From Selaginella moellendorffii (Eukaryota > Plantae > Lycopodiophyta): a stretch of DNA of 64,000 nt. The stretch lies in the NCBI RefSeq assembly GCF_000143415.4, contig NW_003314278.1:450371-514370 (forward strand), given 5' to 3'. The translations under genes and the position numbers were made by a program. The notes beneath the pieces are model-generated. The model saw only the letters and a list, made by a program, of their open reading frames with translations. It had not been told where the DNA came from and searched no databases. Within the stretch, counting starts at the first letter, position 1, and the number at the start of each line of letters is the position of its first letter. Positions 37,033 to 51,020 of this stretch are shown here, piece by piece.

Positions 37033-40000
37033 TGTAAGGAACTAACTCCCTGAGGTGTCGTAGGCTAAAGGATCCCCAAAAGCATAACCAAAATGACAAA
37101 GAGTTCATCAGATGAGATCAAGTCTAAGATTGAGTCTAAGACCAACTCGAGACTGAGTTTGAGATAGAGTCTGAAATCCGAGATCAGGTCCGAGATTGAG
37201 TCCGAGGTCGAGTCTGAAATTGAGTCCGAGATCGGGTCTGAGATTGAGTCCAAGATCAGGTCTGAGATCGAGTTTGAGATCGAGTCCAAGATTGAGTCCG
37301 AAGTCGGGTTCGAGATCGAGTTTGAGATTAAGTCCAAGACCGAGTCTAAATACTAATACAGGTCAAGGGGTGAAAGCCCAAAGCATGCGTCTCCCGGGGG
37401 GGGCGACTGTAGGGGGTTTCAAAAGTATAGTAGGGATAGTGAAGTCTAGGAATTAGTCTTGAAAGAACTCTCCAGTGGTGCTTCCAAACTGACTTAAAGT
37501 TGAAATTGGGGCTGAGGGGCCTTGGGTGGGAGTGAGTATGGACTCGGGTGGTGCCAGAGGGGCCACCCAAGGAAGTGCTCAGAAGAAACTCCCACTTCTA
37601 AAAGGGAAATCAATTTCGGTGCTCCCGGCTCATGTGGAGTGGTGCCCTACTTGAGTACCTTGCAGCTCATTAGTCCTCGCCCTTCCTAAGGGCTTGGGCT
37701 TTCCCTTCAGGATGGAAGTGGGGAGGGGGGGGGGGGGGGTAGAGGTACCCATACCGGACTGTTAGACCATGGTGTTTTGCCCCGGTGTTCCAAAGTAAGT
37801 TTTGCACCCAAGACTTGGGATTTAGAGGGTCCCATGATCAAGTCTTGTGGTACCAAGGGATGTTAGCTCGTATGCAAGCTAAAACGTGATGAGAAGCGAA
37901 AGAAAAAGCAAAAAACTGTGGATGTTAGCAGCACAGAAGGTGCAAACCCTTCGGTAAGGATTGAGGCAGAACCAAACAAGGTCAAACAGACCAAAGTGGA
38001 ATCAATCCCTCAAGTAGTTCTGAAGTACAAACTAAAGCCCCCACCAGTCTTCAAGGGAGTGAATAACTATAAAGTGGTGGAGGATTAGTTTTACGATATG
38101 GAGGACTACTTCTGAGCATTGCAGTTACTGAACTCAGAGAAGGTCCTATGTGTAAAACCATACTTCATAGATAATATTAAGTCTTGGTGGAGAACAACAG
38201 AGGCCAACAAAGGACTGGTGGCCACTTTAGAAATGATGAAGGCGAGGATTTGCGCAACATATGTTCCTCCGAATGCTACTCTGCACTTAAGGGATGAGCT
38301 AAGTAGGCTAAAGCAAACTGGAACCATTCAAGAGTATGTGAATGGGTTTATGGCAAAGAGGATACTAGTCACGGATATGGGTGATATAGATGCATTCCAT
38401 GCCTTTATATCAAGCTTGCAAACCTGGGCTTGTGGCGAGGTGATGCGTTGGAACCCGACCAATTACAAAGAAGCGTTGGGTGCGGCTATCAAGGTGCATT
38501 TCAACGATAACCTACAAAAGGGGAACATGACGGGGTTGGGGTCCACGTTTAGCAAAGGGGCCAAACCAAGAGGAACATATAGCAAAAGGAAATTCAAGAA
38601 GAGTTTCTCTAAGAATGAGTTCTCGGGGTTCCAGAAAGGCAGATTAGATGGCCAGCGAGCGAGTACGTGGGGGAGTCAAGCAGAAAGAGATAAACCCATG
38701 GATAAGAAGGGCAAGTCAACTAGCAGTGTGGGAAACAATGTATGCTACAACTGTGGTGAAGTGGGACACTTCTCGAGAGAATATCCCTACCCAAAGAAGG
38801 CCAAAGCCAATATGGCCATTAAGTTGAGTGAAATCCAAATTGAGGTATGTGATTCAATCCCTAACTCAAAGTTACTCATTACATGAGCAATTTTGGTAGA
38901 GAGTCATTCGTGACATCTACTAGCCCTCCGAAGGAAGCTCGGAGGTAGTTTTGCTAAGATCTTTATTGACATGGGTGTTTTAGATAATTTTGTGGCTGTA
39001 AACATAGTCCGGCAAGTCGGATTGACGGTGCAACGGTTGAGCGAACTAAGGACTATGGAGTTTTTTCAAGGTAGCCAAAGCACTGATGAGGTACTTCGAC
39101 AAATGAAAGTCGAAGTAGGGATATGGAAAGTAGACATGGATTTCACCGTGTTGGACATGGTGGGATTTGACGTAATCTTTGGGATGGATTGGTTCAATCA
39201 GTTCATAGTAGCCCTGTATGGACAAAAAAAGAACCTTATGGTACTGGCAAATGCTCGAGGAAAACAATCTAGGGTGGAGGCCTAGAATCTAAAGGTAGAA
39301 CAATGTAAGGCCAAAAACTCCTACTTAAACTTGGTGTTCACAAGGACAACTCACTAAAGGAACCAAAATAGCATTTTTATGCTTGCTCTCGGTGAAAAGT
39401 GACAAAAAGACAAGAATGGAAGAAGTACCTTTAGTGATGCAACGGGTGTTGAACAAATTCTAGAATACCATGCTAGAGGAGTTAATAGATGTTGGAGGGG
39501 TTAGGTAGGAATCTTTGGCTTTGCATTTCCTTACCTTTAGATCCTAGGCCTCCACCCTAGATCTTCTTCCTTGGGCATTCACTAGTACCACAAGGTTCCC
39601 ACCTTGTCCATATAGGGCTACCACGAACCGATTGAACCAATCCATCCCGAAGATTACGTCAAATCCCACTATGTCCAACATGGTGAAATCCATGTCTACT
39701 TTCCATGTCCCTACTTCAACTCTCGTTTGTCAAAGTATCTCATTGGTGCTTTGGCTAGGAGTTTGAGTTTCTGGTGATGCCCTTCGGGCTATACAATGCG
39801 CCGGCAATGTTTTTAGCGTTGGTGAACCACATCTTTGTACCTTATTTGGATCACTTTGTGGTCATCTATATTGACGACATCCTAATCTATAGCAAAACGC
39901 TAGAGAAACATGTCGAACACTTGACAAAGGTGTTTGAAAAACTAAGGGAACACTATCTATATGTTAAAGAGAGCAAATGTGACTTTGCTTAACAAAAGGT

Positions 40001-43000
40001 AAAGTTTCTTGGGCATGTGGTGGGCAAGGATGGGCTTAAGGTGGACCCTGAGAAGGTCCAAGCGATCTAGGATTAGGAGTGACCATCAAATATACACGAG
40101 TTAAGTGCATTCTTGGGGCTATGCAACTACTACTGAAAGTTTATCAAACACTATTCGAAAGTAGCCCTACCCTTAATGGACCAAATGGGAAAAGGGAAGA
40201 TGGTATGGACGGCGGAATATGAGGCAGCATTTGTCCACCTCAAAAGAAAGTTGAGGAAGGCTCCCGTGTTGGTGTTACCAGACTTTGGTAAGGACTTTGA
40301 GGTAGAAACAAATGCCTTAGACTTTGCGTTGGGTGCTGTTTTGAAGCAACACAACCATCCAGTAGTGTTCTTCTTGAAGAAGTTGGACAAGGCTTAATGG
40401 AATTGGCCTGCCCACGAGAAGGAATTGTTTGCGGTGGTCAAGGCACTTAAGGAGTGGCGACACTACCTTGGGAGACACTTTAAGGTTTACACGGACAATG
40501 TGGCAACGAAACACTTCTTGTCACAGCCCAATCTGAGAGGGAAATAGGGTCGGTGGGCCAATGCTTTAGCTGAGTTTGATTGTGAGATTTTGTACAAGCC
40601 TGGGAAGAGCAACATCATGGCGGATGCGCTAAGTCAAAAAGTGAGCTTGAAGTTGGCGATATCCAACATGATAGCAACCTTTTGGGATGATGTGCAGACA
40701 GTATATAAGAACAATGGTCTAGCACAAGAAGTGTTGCTGAGGAATTTAGAGGCACGGGAAGCTCACCAGAGAGGTGAGCTGCCAATAGAAGAAAAAACAC
40801 GCTATGCAGAACGCAATAGACTCATCTATTACAAGCAAACAATGGTGTATGTTCCAGAAGGGGAACTAAGGAAGGTAGCATTAGAAGAGTGTTATGACGA
40901 ACCTCTTGCGAGACATGGCAGAGTGCCCAAGACAATGGGCTTACTCAAGAGGAAGTACCACTAGCCAGATATGGCTAAGGATGTCCAAGATTATGTAAAA
41001 ACATGTCTAACATGTCAACGGGTCAAAGCTGTGACTAAAGCTAGTGGGGGCTTGTTACAAAGCATCCCAATTCCAGATCGTCCATGGAAATGTTTTACAA
41101 TGGACTTCATCATGGGACTCCCCCCAAGTGAGGGGTTTGATGTGATATTTGTAGTGGTGAACCAATTTTCGAAGATGGTATATTTCATACCCACCACAAT
41201 AGAAGTGGATGCGGAAGGTGTGGCAAAACTGTTCTTTGAACAAGTGGTTCGAGTGCGGGGAAGGCTAGAGGAGATCATCTCAGATCAACACAAGATCTTC
41301 ACCAGCAGGTTCTGGAGAACTCTCCTGGAACAATATCGCACCAAGTTGAAATTCAGCACAGCCTATCACCCACAAACAGGTATTGGGTATTAAGTCAAGT
41401 TGGATGGCACTAACACTTCTTGATAGATAGACAAACAGAAAGGGTGAATAGGCAGTTGGAGGATTATTTGCAATGCTATGTCTCAGGAGACTAGACTGAT
41501 TGGGTAAGTCATTTGGGACTTGCGGAAATATGTTATAACAACTCACCACACTCAAGTATCGGGGTGAATCCATGGGAAGTCATCAATGGGTGAGCTATTG
41601 AAGGTCCTGTGGAACTCAACGTGGCTGAGTGTTTGGAGAGTTACTTGCAGTGGAGGCATTCACGGCGGAAAGACTCAACATTTAGAATCTAGTGAGGGAT
41701 TCCTTGGAACGGGCTCAACAAAGGCAAACCAAGTATATGAACCAGAAGTGTCGGGACATATAGTTCCAACCTGGGGAGAAGGTGTGGTTGAACACCAAGA
41801 ACCTAAGGCTACCAAGTGGGATCAGCTAGAAGTTGACCCAAAGGTAAGATGCATGTGTTCCTAGAAATGAACTGATTTTGAGTTCCTTAAGCAGGTTTGC
41901 GAGGCCTTACGAGATTGAGGCACAAATCGGTAAAGTGGCTTACTGCCTCCAACTTCCTCGAGAGATGGGGAAGATGCACCCAGTGTTCCATATGAACTAC
42001 TTTGAGGATCTACTTCGCAAGGACCAAGTGAGACTTTTACCTGAGGTTATCCAAGGGGAAGAGGAATACGAAGTGGAGGCCATCCTCAATGTGCTCAAGA
42101 GCAAACGACAAGGATACAAGGTGAGAGAGTTCCATGTGAAGTGGAAAGGATTTCCACATTGCGAAGAAATATGGGAACCGGAGGAGAACCTAGCAAACGC
42201 GCGAGATCTAGTGAAGGAATTTTTGCAAGGCAGAACCCTATGTACTTATGCAAAGTTCAATTAAAAACATTTATTTGTGAAGTTGAGCAATGGCATATGT
42301 TGGGACCCAAAAGCACACCGAAGGTAAACTAATTAGCATGGGTTAACTAGGTCAACCAAGTGTAGGGCACTACGCTCGAGTCCCCGTGGGGATGTTGAAT
42401 CTGTAGACGTATTCTACGGAGGTTGGGTTCGAGTCCCAACCCCCTAGTAAAGCAAAGCTAGGTTCAAGTCTTGACCCCATACTAGGGCATGGTGAGGTGA
42501 GGGGTATAGGGACACCTATATTCCGTTGTTATGGGCTCTTGGCCGGGGAGGCTAACTTAGGCACACCACTAAGTGGGGGGATGCCCCCGGGGACATGGTC
42601 AATAAGTTGTAGGATTTAAAAAGAGACGTTCAATGTGGGTATTGAACTTTTTCTTTGGGTGGTGGAGTTGTAAGGAACCAACTCCCTAAGGTGTCGTAGG
42701 CTAAAGGATCCCCGAAAGCATGACCGAAATGACAAAGAGTTCATCAGATGGGACCGAGTCTGAGATCAAGTCCAAGACCAACTCGAGACCGAGTTTGAGA
42801 CAGAGTCTGAGATCCGAGATCGGGTCCGAGACCGAGTCCGAGATCGAGTCCGAGACTGAGTCCGAAGTCGGGTCCGAGACCAAGTCTGAGTACTAATACA
42901 AGTCAAAGGGTGAAAGCCCAAAGCGTGCGTCTCCTAGGGTGGTTCCAAAAGTATAGTAGGGATAGTGAGGTTTAAGAACCAGTCTTGAAGGAACTCTCCA

Positions 43001-43667
43001 GTGGTGCTTCCAAACTAACTTGAGGTTGAGACTGGGGCCGAGGGGTCTTGGGTGGGAGTGAGCATGGACTCGGGTGGTGCTGGAGGGGCCACCCAAGGAA
43101 GTGCTCAGGAGCAACTCCCACTTCCAAAAGGGAAATCGATTTCGATGCTCCCGGCTCATGTGAAGTGGTGCCCCACTTAAGTACCTTGCAGCTCATTGGT
43201 CCTTGCCCTTCCTAGGGGCTTGGGCCTTCCCTTCAGGATGGAAGTGGGGGTGTAAAGGTACCCATACTGAACTGTTAGGCCACTGTGTTTTGCCCTGACA
43301 TCCCAAAGCAAGTATTGCACCCAAGACTTGGGATTTAAAGGGTCCCATGATCAAGTTTTGTGGTACCAAGGGATGTTAGAAACCTAGAGGCTTGGTGTGC
43401 TTGGCTGCTTGTGCTTGCGGGGAGTGTAGCCGAACCTTAAGTCCAGTCTAACTTGGGGAGGGGGATTGGGAGAGATTTGGGAATCCGTGGATGGATGGTT
43501 AACGCTCCATTGCTCGTGTAGTGAGTAGCTGATACTAAGTAAGACTAAGTAGGAGCTGGTACTATAAGCGAAGACCTTGGCAAGGGAATTTAGCTAAAGC
43601 CAAGGCAGTGTTAGTCGGATAGATAAGGTAAGTTGGCAAATTGGAAAGGAAAAATTTGTGGCTTACA
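37033..43667 (+). mobile_element. Ty3/Gypsy chromovirus copy A, degenerate
   Basis: 5' LTR 37033-~37866 (3' part, PBS and gag start deleted); 3' LTR 42669-43667; PPT GGGTGGTGGAGT; decayed TSD GGTGG/AGTGA; gag zinc knuckle, protease, YIDD RT, RNase H, integrase, chromodomain (EEYEVEAIL..FHVKWKGF..WEPEENL). Confidence 0.93.
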
Positions 43668-46600
43668 AGTGAGTGAATAGTCTAAGTTGGGACTAGTCCA
43701 CATGGCAGTAGGTGCATGGTACTAAGTGTTGCTTGGTTGTTGCTTCTTTCTCAACTTCATACCCAAGCTGCATATTGTTGCTTCTTTCTCAACTTCACAC
43801 CCAACTTTACTCTTGTGTAAGTGACTAAATTTTCTATTATACTTTAGTCATTTAACCATACATTGGTTTTACTCACAACCTCCATAAGTTTTATTTCGGA
43901 TTTGGGGACTTGTTAACTCCATAAATGGCATATATGCCATTCAGCCTTTACACTTGGTCCAAGTGCTCCATGTGTCTAATCCCTTGACCGACAAGGTACT
44001 ACCGACATATTACCTCATTATACTAAGGCCATACTTATTCACCTTTGTCACACCGGTGGTCCAACACCACTTGCACCATAGTCCCGTCTCTCAAAGACTA
44101 GGCCCTCTATACATGAGTGGTCATTTCTTGACCACACCGTAACACCTTTAGGATGCCCAGAAATATAAGGAACACTCTTCCATACTATCCCTTCTTCCAT
44201 TCCCACCAAATTCCCCTCCATCCACATGTATGCTTGCCAATATTGCCGGCCCAAAGGCCCAACCACTAAATCCCATTAACCTCTGGGATTTCCTCACCAT
44301 GTGACCGTATCCTTAGTCACTATACCAAAGGATTACCCTTCTTCCTTTCCACAATCTGGGACTTTAGAATGACATTTCGAAACACCGTAGCCTTATGCAA
44401 ACCTTGTGAATACTCTCCCCACCTTCCACCCTTAGGTACTTTAGCCAATTGGCTAGAGCGAGGTTCCAATGAGCCATATAAGGTATCCAAGTCATTTGGA
44501 TTGAAAGCATCAATCATTCGATCTCTCGGGGGAGCTAAAGCCAACTCTTGAACACTTTATTAAACTACCCCACTTGTTTATTTGTATTCACTCTAGCTTT
44601 GGACTCCTTAGTGGATATATCATCATCTAACACGTGGGTATAGCCTTCCTTGGTCACACTAGCCTTTCTTGGCCAAACTAGCTCCACTAGAATCTTCCCT
44701 CTACTATACTTTTGGAGCTTACCAAACCCCCTAGGGTCTGGGAGACAAACGCTTTAGGCTTTCAGCCTCAAACTCAGACTTGGACTTGGACTCGGACTTA
44801 GTCTTAGTCTCAGTCTCGGTCTTGGTCTCTTTCTCAGCCTCAACCTTGGACTCTATCTTATGTTCATCTCGGACTCGACCTTAGACTCCATCTCAAACTC
44901 TATCTCAGGTTCATCTTGAATTCCATCTCGGGTCCATCTCAAGCCTTCCTTGGTCACATTGGCCTTTCCTAGCCAAACTGGCTCCATTGGAATCCTCCTC
45001 CTCCTATACTTTTAGAGCTCACCAAACCCCCTAGGGTTTACTTGGACTTGGACTTGAACTCGGATTCAAACTCAGTCTTAGTCTTGGTTTTGGTCTCGGT
45101 CTAGGTCTTGATCTTGGTCTCAGTCTCAGTCTCTTTCTTGGCCTCAACCTTGGACTCCATTTCAAGTCCCTCTCAGACTTTATTTCTAACTCTATCTTGG
45201 GTCCATCTCAAACTCCATTTTGGGTCCACTTTAGACTCCATCTCGGACTCCTTCTCAAGTCTATCTTGGACTCCATCTTGAACTCCTTCTCGGAGTCCTT
45301 CTCGAGTTCCATCTCAACACTTCCATGTGTCATGTATTAGTCCTCTTATCTCCCTTTTCTAGAGACTCACTTATTGCTTGCTTCGTGCTTGTTTTTTAAA
45401 CACTTTGTTGGGAGTTCCACTCCCACTCTCGACTATCAAAGTCAGAGCTTTTATTCCAAATGTGTTACACTTGTTTGGCTTTTGTTTTGGCCAATACCAT
45501 GTGGCACCCTTTGATTCCACTTTGGGGCTTAGGGATTTATGTCTCACAACTCCACCACAAATTTGATGTCCTCATCGTATAATAAACCATTTTATAAAGT
45601 AACCCCATAATGGATTACCATATTCATCCTTGACACTAAGTTAATATTCGTCAATGGTTCGACATTGAAGGCGCCTATCTTCTAGAGAGTATAGTCTCTC
45701 CAACTTAGAGATTCATTAAACCACTTTTGGTGGTTCTCTCCCTTTATTTGGTTTAGTTCTTGTTAAACCTGTTAGAGACATCTTCTTTATCTTAATCCCA
45801 CTATTTATTCCCGAGTAATCTCAGTTTCTATCAAAATAACTATTACACTTTGGAACTTTTATATTGACTTCTCAAATCATTTTCTTAAGTGCCTCTGTCA
45901 CCTTGCATTGCACATATTGTGCAATTTCCACTTCCCTATCCTAAGAAGTTTTCTACTTAAGGGCACTATTGTCCTCTCTTCTATTTCATACCACCTTTAG
46001 CACTAAATTTTAATTATCATAATTTGTACTAAAGTTGTCCACAGCCTTGTCATTTGGCTACCTTGCATCTCCCTCCCTTAGTGTTTTTACTTTTGCCAAA
46101 TTAGAGTATTTGGGAATCCATCATTTGAAATATATTTCCTTTCCCACAATTCGTTTATATTCAATACATTAGTGTTCTTCAACTAACTTTGCTTTTTGGA
46201 TTTCTTTTAATGAATTTCATGGCCTTTTCTTGGGCACTAGTCTTTTGCTTCTATCCTTTGATTATTACACTAAGCAACATAAGATCACTACCTCTATCCT
46301 TGAGGTATTCTTTCAATTCCATAGCAAAAGTTTTGCTTTGCCAAGTCTAGAGGTGTTCACCCTTAACATGTCTTTTTAGCATTTTTTGCTGTAGGCCTAT
46401 CCACAGCCTAACTTTGTGACCTTCTCATGGATCTTTTTTAGAGACTACTTTCTTGGACTGATCATACCATCGCATTGACATTATTCATTTCTCTTAGGTG
46501 TCCTTTTTACTTAGTCACTTTGACTAAGTCACACTCTTACTAATAGTTCAAATCAACACTTTGAACTAGAATCTCATTTTTTTAACCAAATAAAGACTTT

Positions 46601-49456
46601 ATCCTTATTTAACTACAAGATCACCTAGTGATCTCCTTTTGACACTAATAGGTTTGCTAATAAAAACTAGGTCTCCCAGACCTTTAAGGTGTTGACTATG
46701 ACCCCAAAGGCATCCTTCACATTTGGCAATATGCCCAAGCTAGCCCTTATAGCTAAGGATCCATAGAAACTAAGACTGGATGTCCCTATCTCATTCACCA
46801 TGCTTTTGGTGCCACTTGCACTAAAGTGTTCAAATTAAATATGCTAAACTTTCACATTAAACAATTTAGCTATGCATCACAAATCCGAGGCATCCCCCAC
46901 TTGGTGGTGTGCCCAAGCAAATTTCTTCATTAAAAGTCCATGATTACCAAAAAATGAGTGTTGTTATATTCCAAACCATCACTACGCCCTAGTAAGGAAC
47001 CCAACCTTTGTATATGCATTTATGGATGGCATCACCTAAGATGCCTAGCGTGACTTCCTATGCCAATACACCAACTTATACCCAAAACACGTTATGGATC
47101 ATATCTTAGGAACTTAGTTCCTCCAAACTGCCAAGTCCTTTTATTTAACAAATCTCCTTTATGTTTGGCCTCATGAGCTACCCTTTTTGAAATCAACACC
47201 TTCAATTAGGGTCTTTGTTCCCCCAACTTGTCAATCTAGATTAGCAAGTCACCTAACTAGCATAACATAGATTCTAGCATAAGTGTGAAAGTTTTTAACC
47301 ATTAACTTTCGTTCAAAGCCATTTCTTTGAACACTCAGAAATTACTTCCCCAACCTTGATAGTATCGCCTCATAAAAAGCTTCAAGACCATGCTTTTACT
47401 ATGCTACTTGAATTTCATGTGTTCTTATGAACCATTTACACATGTCTTTTTAGGTATTAACCTATCTAAAATTGTCTTTGGGAACCTTAAAGGGACTTTG
47501 TCCTTTAATTTGCTATAGCCTCCCTTTTTGCAAGCTTTCTCATTGCCATATGGAACATGTGATGCTAAAGGCAAGTGCTAACCATGCCAAAATCCCTTTT
47601 GGTTTTGTTTAATTTAGGTAAGATAAACTTTTCTCGTCTCCGCAATTTTGGACATTGGATAACACTTTTTATACATTATTCGCTAGGGACTTAGTTCTTT
47701 AGGCTTTATTTAATACCCTTATGATACCAAACACCACTTCCTAGTGTTTTAGAGTATTTAGGTGTCCCAATGATTATTGTTTTTGACAGCGATATTTCCT
47801 TTTTCAACATTGACTTACTATATTGTAACATAAACAATTTATCCCATGAGAGATATATTTAACATTTTTATATCAATAAAAAGTCTTGGGTAGTTAACTT
47901 TTACCAATCCAATCAATTATGTTGCACTTTTTGCTTAATTGCTTCATAGTTGTCAAGTTTTATAACTCATTGTTAGTGCTTCCACACTTCTATCATTATT
48001 TGAGTTACCACACTCTAATTACATGTCTTCCAACTTAAGTTATGCCATTTTCATTTCCATTGAGATTTATTTGGCAAGAACCCACTAACTTGACCTCAAG
48101 GCATCACACCTTGGCATATTTGATGTCTCCACACCATTGGCTCTACGAGCTTACCCTTACGACACTTTTTATTAGTGTCTAGGTTTTTGCTAAGACCAAA
48201 GTAGTCGTTTTTCATACCAATTATCAATTAGCATTGCACCATAGTGTTTATATGTAATTCTACACCAAAGTTGCTTTCTTTTAGAAACACCTTTTTTACG
48301 ATTTTAGTATGGCACATTCTGCTATCAATGAGATACCCACGGTTCTTATACTTGGATCTTATAATGCTCTTCATCCTTTGTAGGGTGCAACATGCCTCAA
48401 TCCAAATGCTTCTATCAGTCCTTTAGGGCCATTTTTTGACCCCACTCGAGTCATCTAGCTTTTTGGACTTTGCTAATTTGACAATCTATAAAATCCTAAC
48501 CTCCTGGCTATTTTGAGATGTTAGTTCATTAAAATACAACTCCTTGTATTCATATCCTACTCATAAGGACCATCTTTTCAAATGTTACTCCGACATTTGA
48601 TTATTTTTCATTTCTTATAGGCTACCTTTGCCCCTTATGACTATCTGTCCATATGATAAAAATACCGACCCATCCTCTAAATACACCCCTAACTCCTTGG
48701 GTTTGTTCCAGTATTTATTAAAGGGTAGTGTAAGCCACAAATTTTTCCTTTCCAATTTGCTAGCTCACCTCGTCTATCCGTCCGACACTGCCTTGGCTTT
48801 TGCTAGGTTCCCTCGCCAAGGTTCTTGCCTATGGTACTAGCTCCTACTTAGTCCTACTTGCTTTCAGCTACTCACTGCATGAGCAACGGAGCGTTAGCCA
48901 CCATCCACGGATTCCCAATCTCTCCCAATCCCCCTCCCCGGGTTAGACTGGACTTAAGGTGCGGCTACACTCCCCGCAAGCACAAGCAGCCAAGCACACC
49001 AAGCTTCCAAGTTCCTAACTTCCCTTGGTACCACAAGACTTGATCATGGGACCCTCTAAATCCCAAGTCTTGAGTACAACACTTGCTTCGGGACGCCGGG
49101 GCGAAACACCGTGGCCTAGCGGCCCGGTATGGGTACCTTTACCCCCCCACTTCCATCCCGAAGGAAGGCCCAAGCCCCTAGGAAGGGCGAGGACCAATGA
49201 GCCGCATGGTACTCAAGTGGGGCACCACTCCACATGAGCCGGGAGCACCGCAATCGGTTTCCCTTTCGGGAGTGGGAGCTGCTCTTGAGCACTTCCTTGG
49301 ATGGCCCCTCCGACACCAGCCAAGTCCATGCTCACTCCCACCCAAGGCCCCTCGGTCCCAGTCTCAACCTCAAGTCAGTTTGGAAGCCCAACTGGAGAGT
49401 CCCTTCAAAATTGGTTCCTGGACCTCACTATCCCTACTATACTTTTGGAACCCCCT

Positions 49457-50196
49457 NNNNNNNNNNNNNNNNNNNNNNNNNNNNNNNNNNNNNNNNNNNN
49501 NNNNNNNNNNNNNNNNNNNNNNNNNNNNNNNNNNNNNNNNNNNNNNNNNNNNNNNNNNNNNNNNNNNNNNNNNNNNNNNNNNNNNNNNNNNNNNNNNNNN
49601 NNNNNNNNNNNNNNNNNNNNNNNNNNNNNNNNNNNNNNNNNNNNNNNNNNNNNNNNNNNNNNNNNNNNNNNNNNNNNNNNNNNNNNNNNNNNNNNNNNNN
49701 NNNNNNNNNNNNNNNNNNNNNNNNNNNNNNNNNNNNNNNNNNNNNNNNNNNNNNNNNNNNNNNNNNNNNNNNNNNNNNNNNNNNNNNNNNNNNNNNNNNN
49801 NNNNNNNNNNNNNNNNNNNNNNNNNNNNNNNNNNNNNNNNNNNNNNNNNNNNNNNNNNNNNNNNNNNNNNNNNNNNNNNNNNNNNNNNNNNNNNNNNNNN
49901 NNNNNNNNNNNNNNNNNNNNNNNNNNNNNNNNNNNNNNNNNNNNNNNNNNNNNNNNNNNNNNNNNNNNNNNNNNNNNNNNNNNNNNNNNNNNNNNNNNNN
50001 NNNNNNNNNNNNNNNNNNNNNNNNNNNNNNNNNNNNNNNNNNNNNNNNNNNNNNNNNNNNNNNNNNNNNNNNNNNNNNNNNNNNNNNNNNNNNNNNNNNN
50101 NNNNNNNNNNNNNNNNNNNNNNNNNNNNNNNNNNNNNNNNNNNNNNNNNNNNNNNNNNNNNNNNNNNNNNNNNNNNNNNNNNNNNNNNNNNNNNNN
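49457..50196. other. Assembly gap (N run)
   Basis: Run of N bases. Confidence 1.
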
Positions 50197-50504
50197 AGTT
50201 CTCCTCCGGTTCCCATGTTGCTTCGCAGTGTGGAAATCCTTTCCACTTCACATGGAACTCTCTTACCTCGCGTCCTTGTCGCTTGCTCTTGCGCGCATTG
50301 AGGATGGCCTTGAGTTCGTATTCCTCTTCCCCTTGGATAACCTCAGGTAAAGGTCTTACTTGGTCCTTGCGAAGCTGATCCTCAAAGTACGGCTTGAGTA
50401 AGTTCACGTGGAACACTGGGTGCATCTTCCCCATCTCTCGAGGAAGTCGGAATCGGTAAGCCACTTTACCGATTCGTGCCTCAATCTCGTAAGGCCCCGC
50501 GAAC

Positions 50505-50556
50505 CTGCTTAAGGAACTCAAGATCAATTCATTTACAGGAATACATGCATTTTTAC
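50505..50556 (-). other. 52-nt spliceosomal-type intron before the GPY/F motif (homologue at 41844-41894 +)
   Basis: CAAAG|GTAAAA...TTAAGCAG|GTTC; removal restores KLTQRFAGPY. Confidence 0.85.
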
Positions 50557-50974
50557 CTTTGGGTCAACTTTCGGCTGATCCCACTTGGTAGCCTGAGGTT
50601 CTTGGTGTTCAGCCACACCTTCTCCCCAGCCTGGAACTCTACATCCCGGCGCTTTAGGTTCGCATACTTGGTTTGCCTTTGTTGAGCCCGTTCCAAAGAA
50701 TCCCTCACTAGATTCCAAATGTTGAGTCTTTCCGCCGTGAATGCCTCCACTGCGGGTAGCTCTCCATGATACTCGGCCACGCCGAGTTCCATAGGACCTT
50801 CAATAGCTCGCCCATTGATGACTTCCCATGGACTCACCCCGATGCTCGAATGTGGTGAGTTGTTATAACACATTTCCGCAAGTCCCAAATGACTTACCCA
50901 ATCGGTCTGGTCTCCTGAGACATAGCATCGCAAATAATCCTCCAGCTGCCTATTCACCCTTTCCGTTTGTCCGT

Positions 50975-51020
50975 CTGTCAAGAAGTGTTAGTGCCATCAA
51001 CTTGACTTACTACCCCATAC
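50975..51020 (-). other. 46-nt spliceosomal-type intron in integrase core (homologue at 41380-41426 +)
   Basis: ACAG|GTATGG...CACTAAC...TTGACAG|ACGGA; removal restores HPQTDGQTER. Confidence 0.85.

Noticed and set aside
49197-50527. Long ORFs of 269-393 aa
   Set aside because: Artefacts of translating through the N gap.
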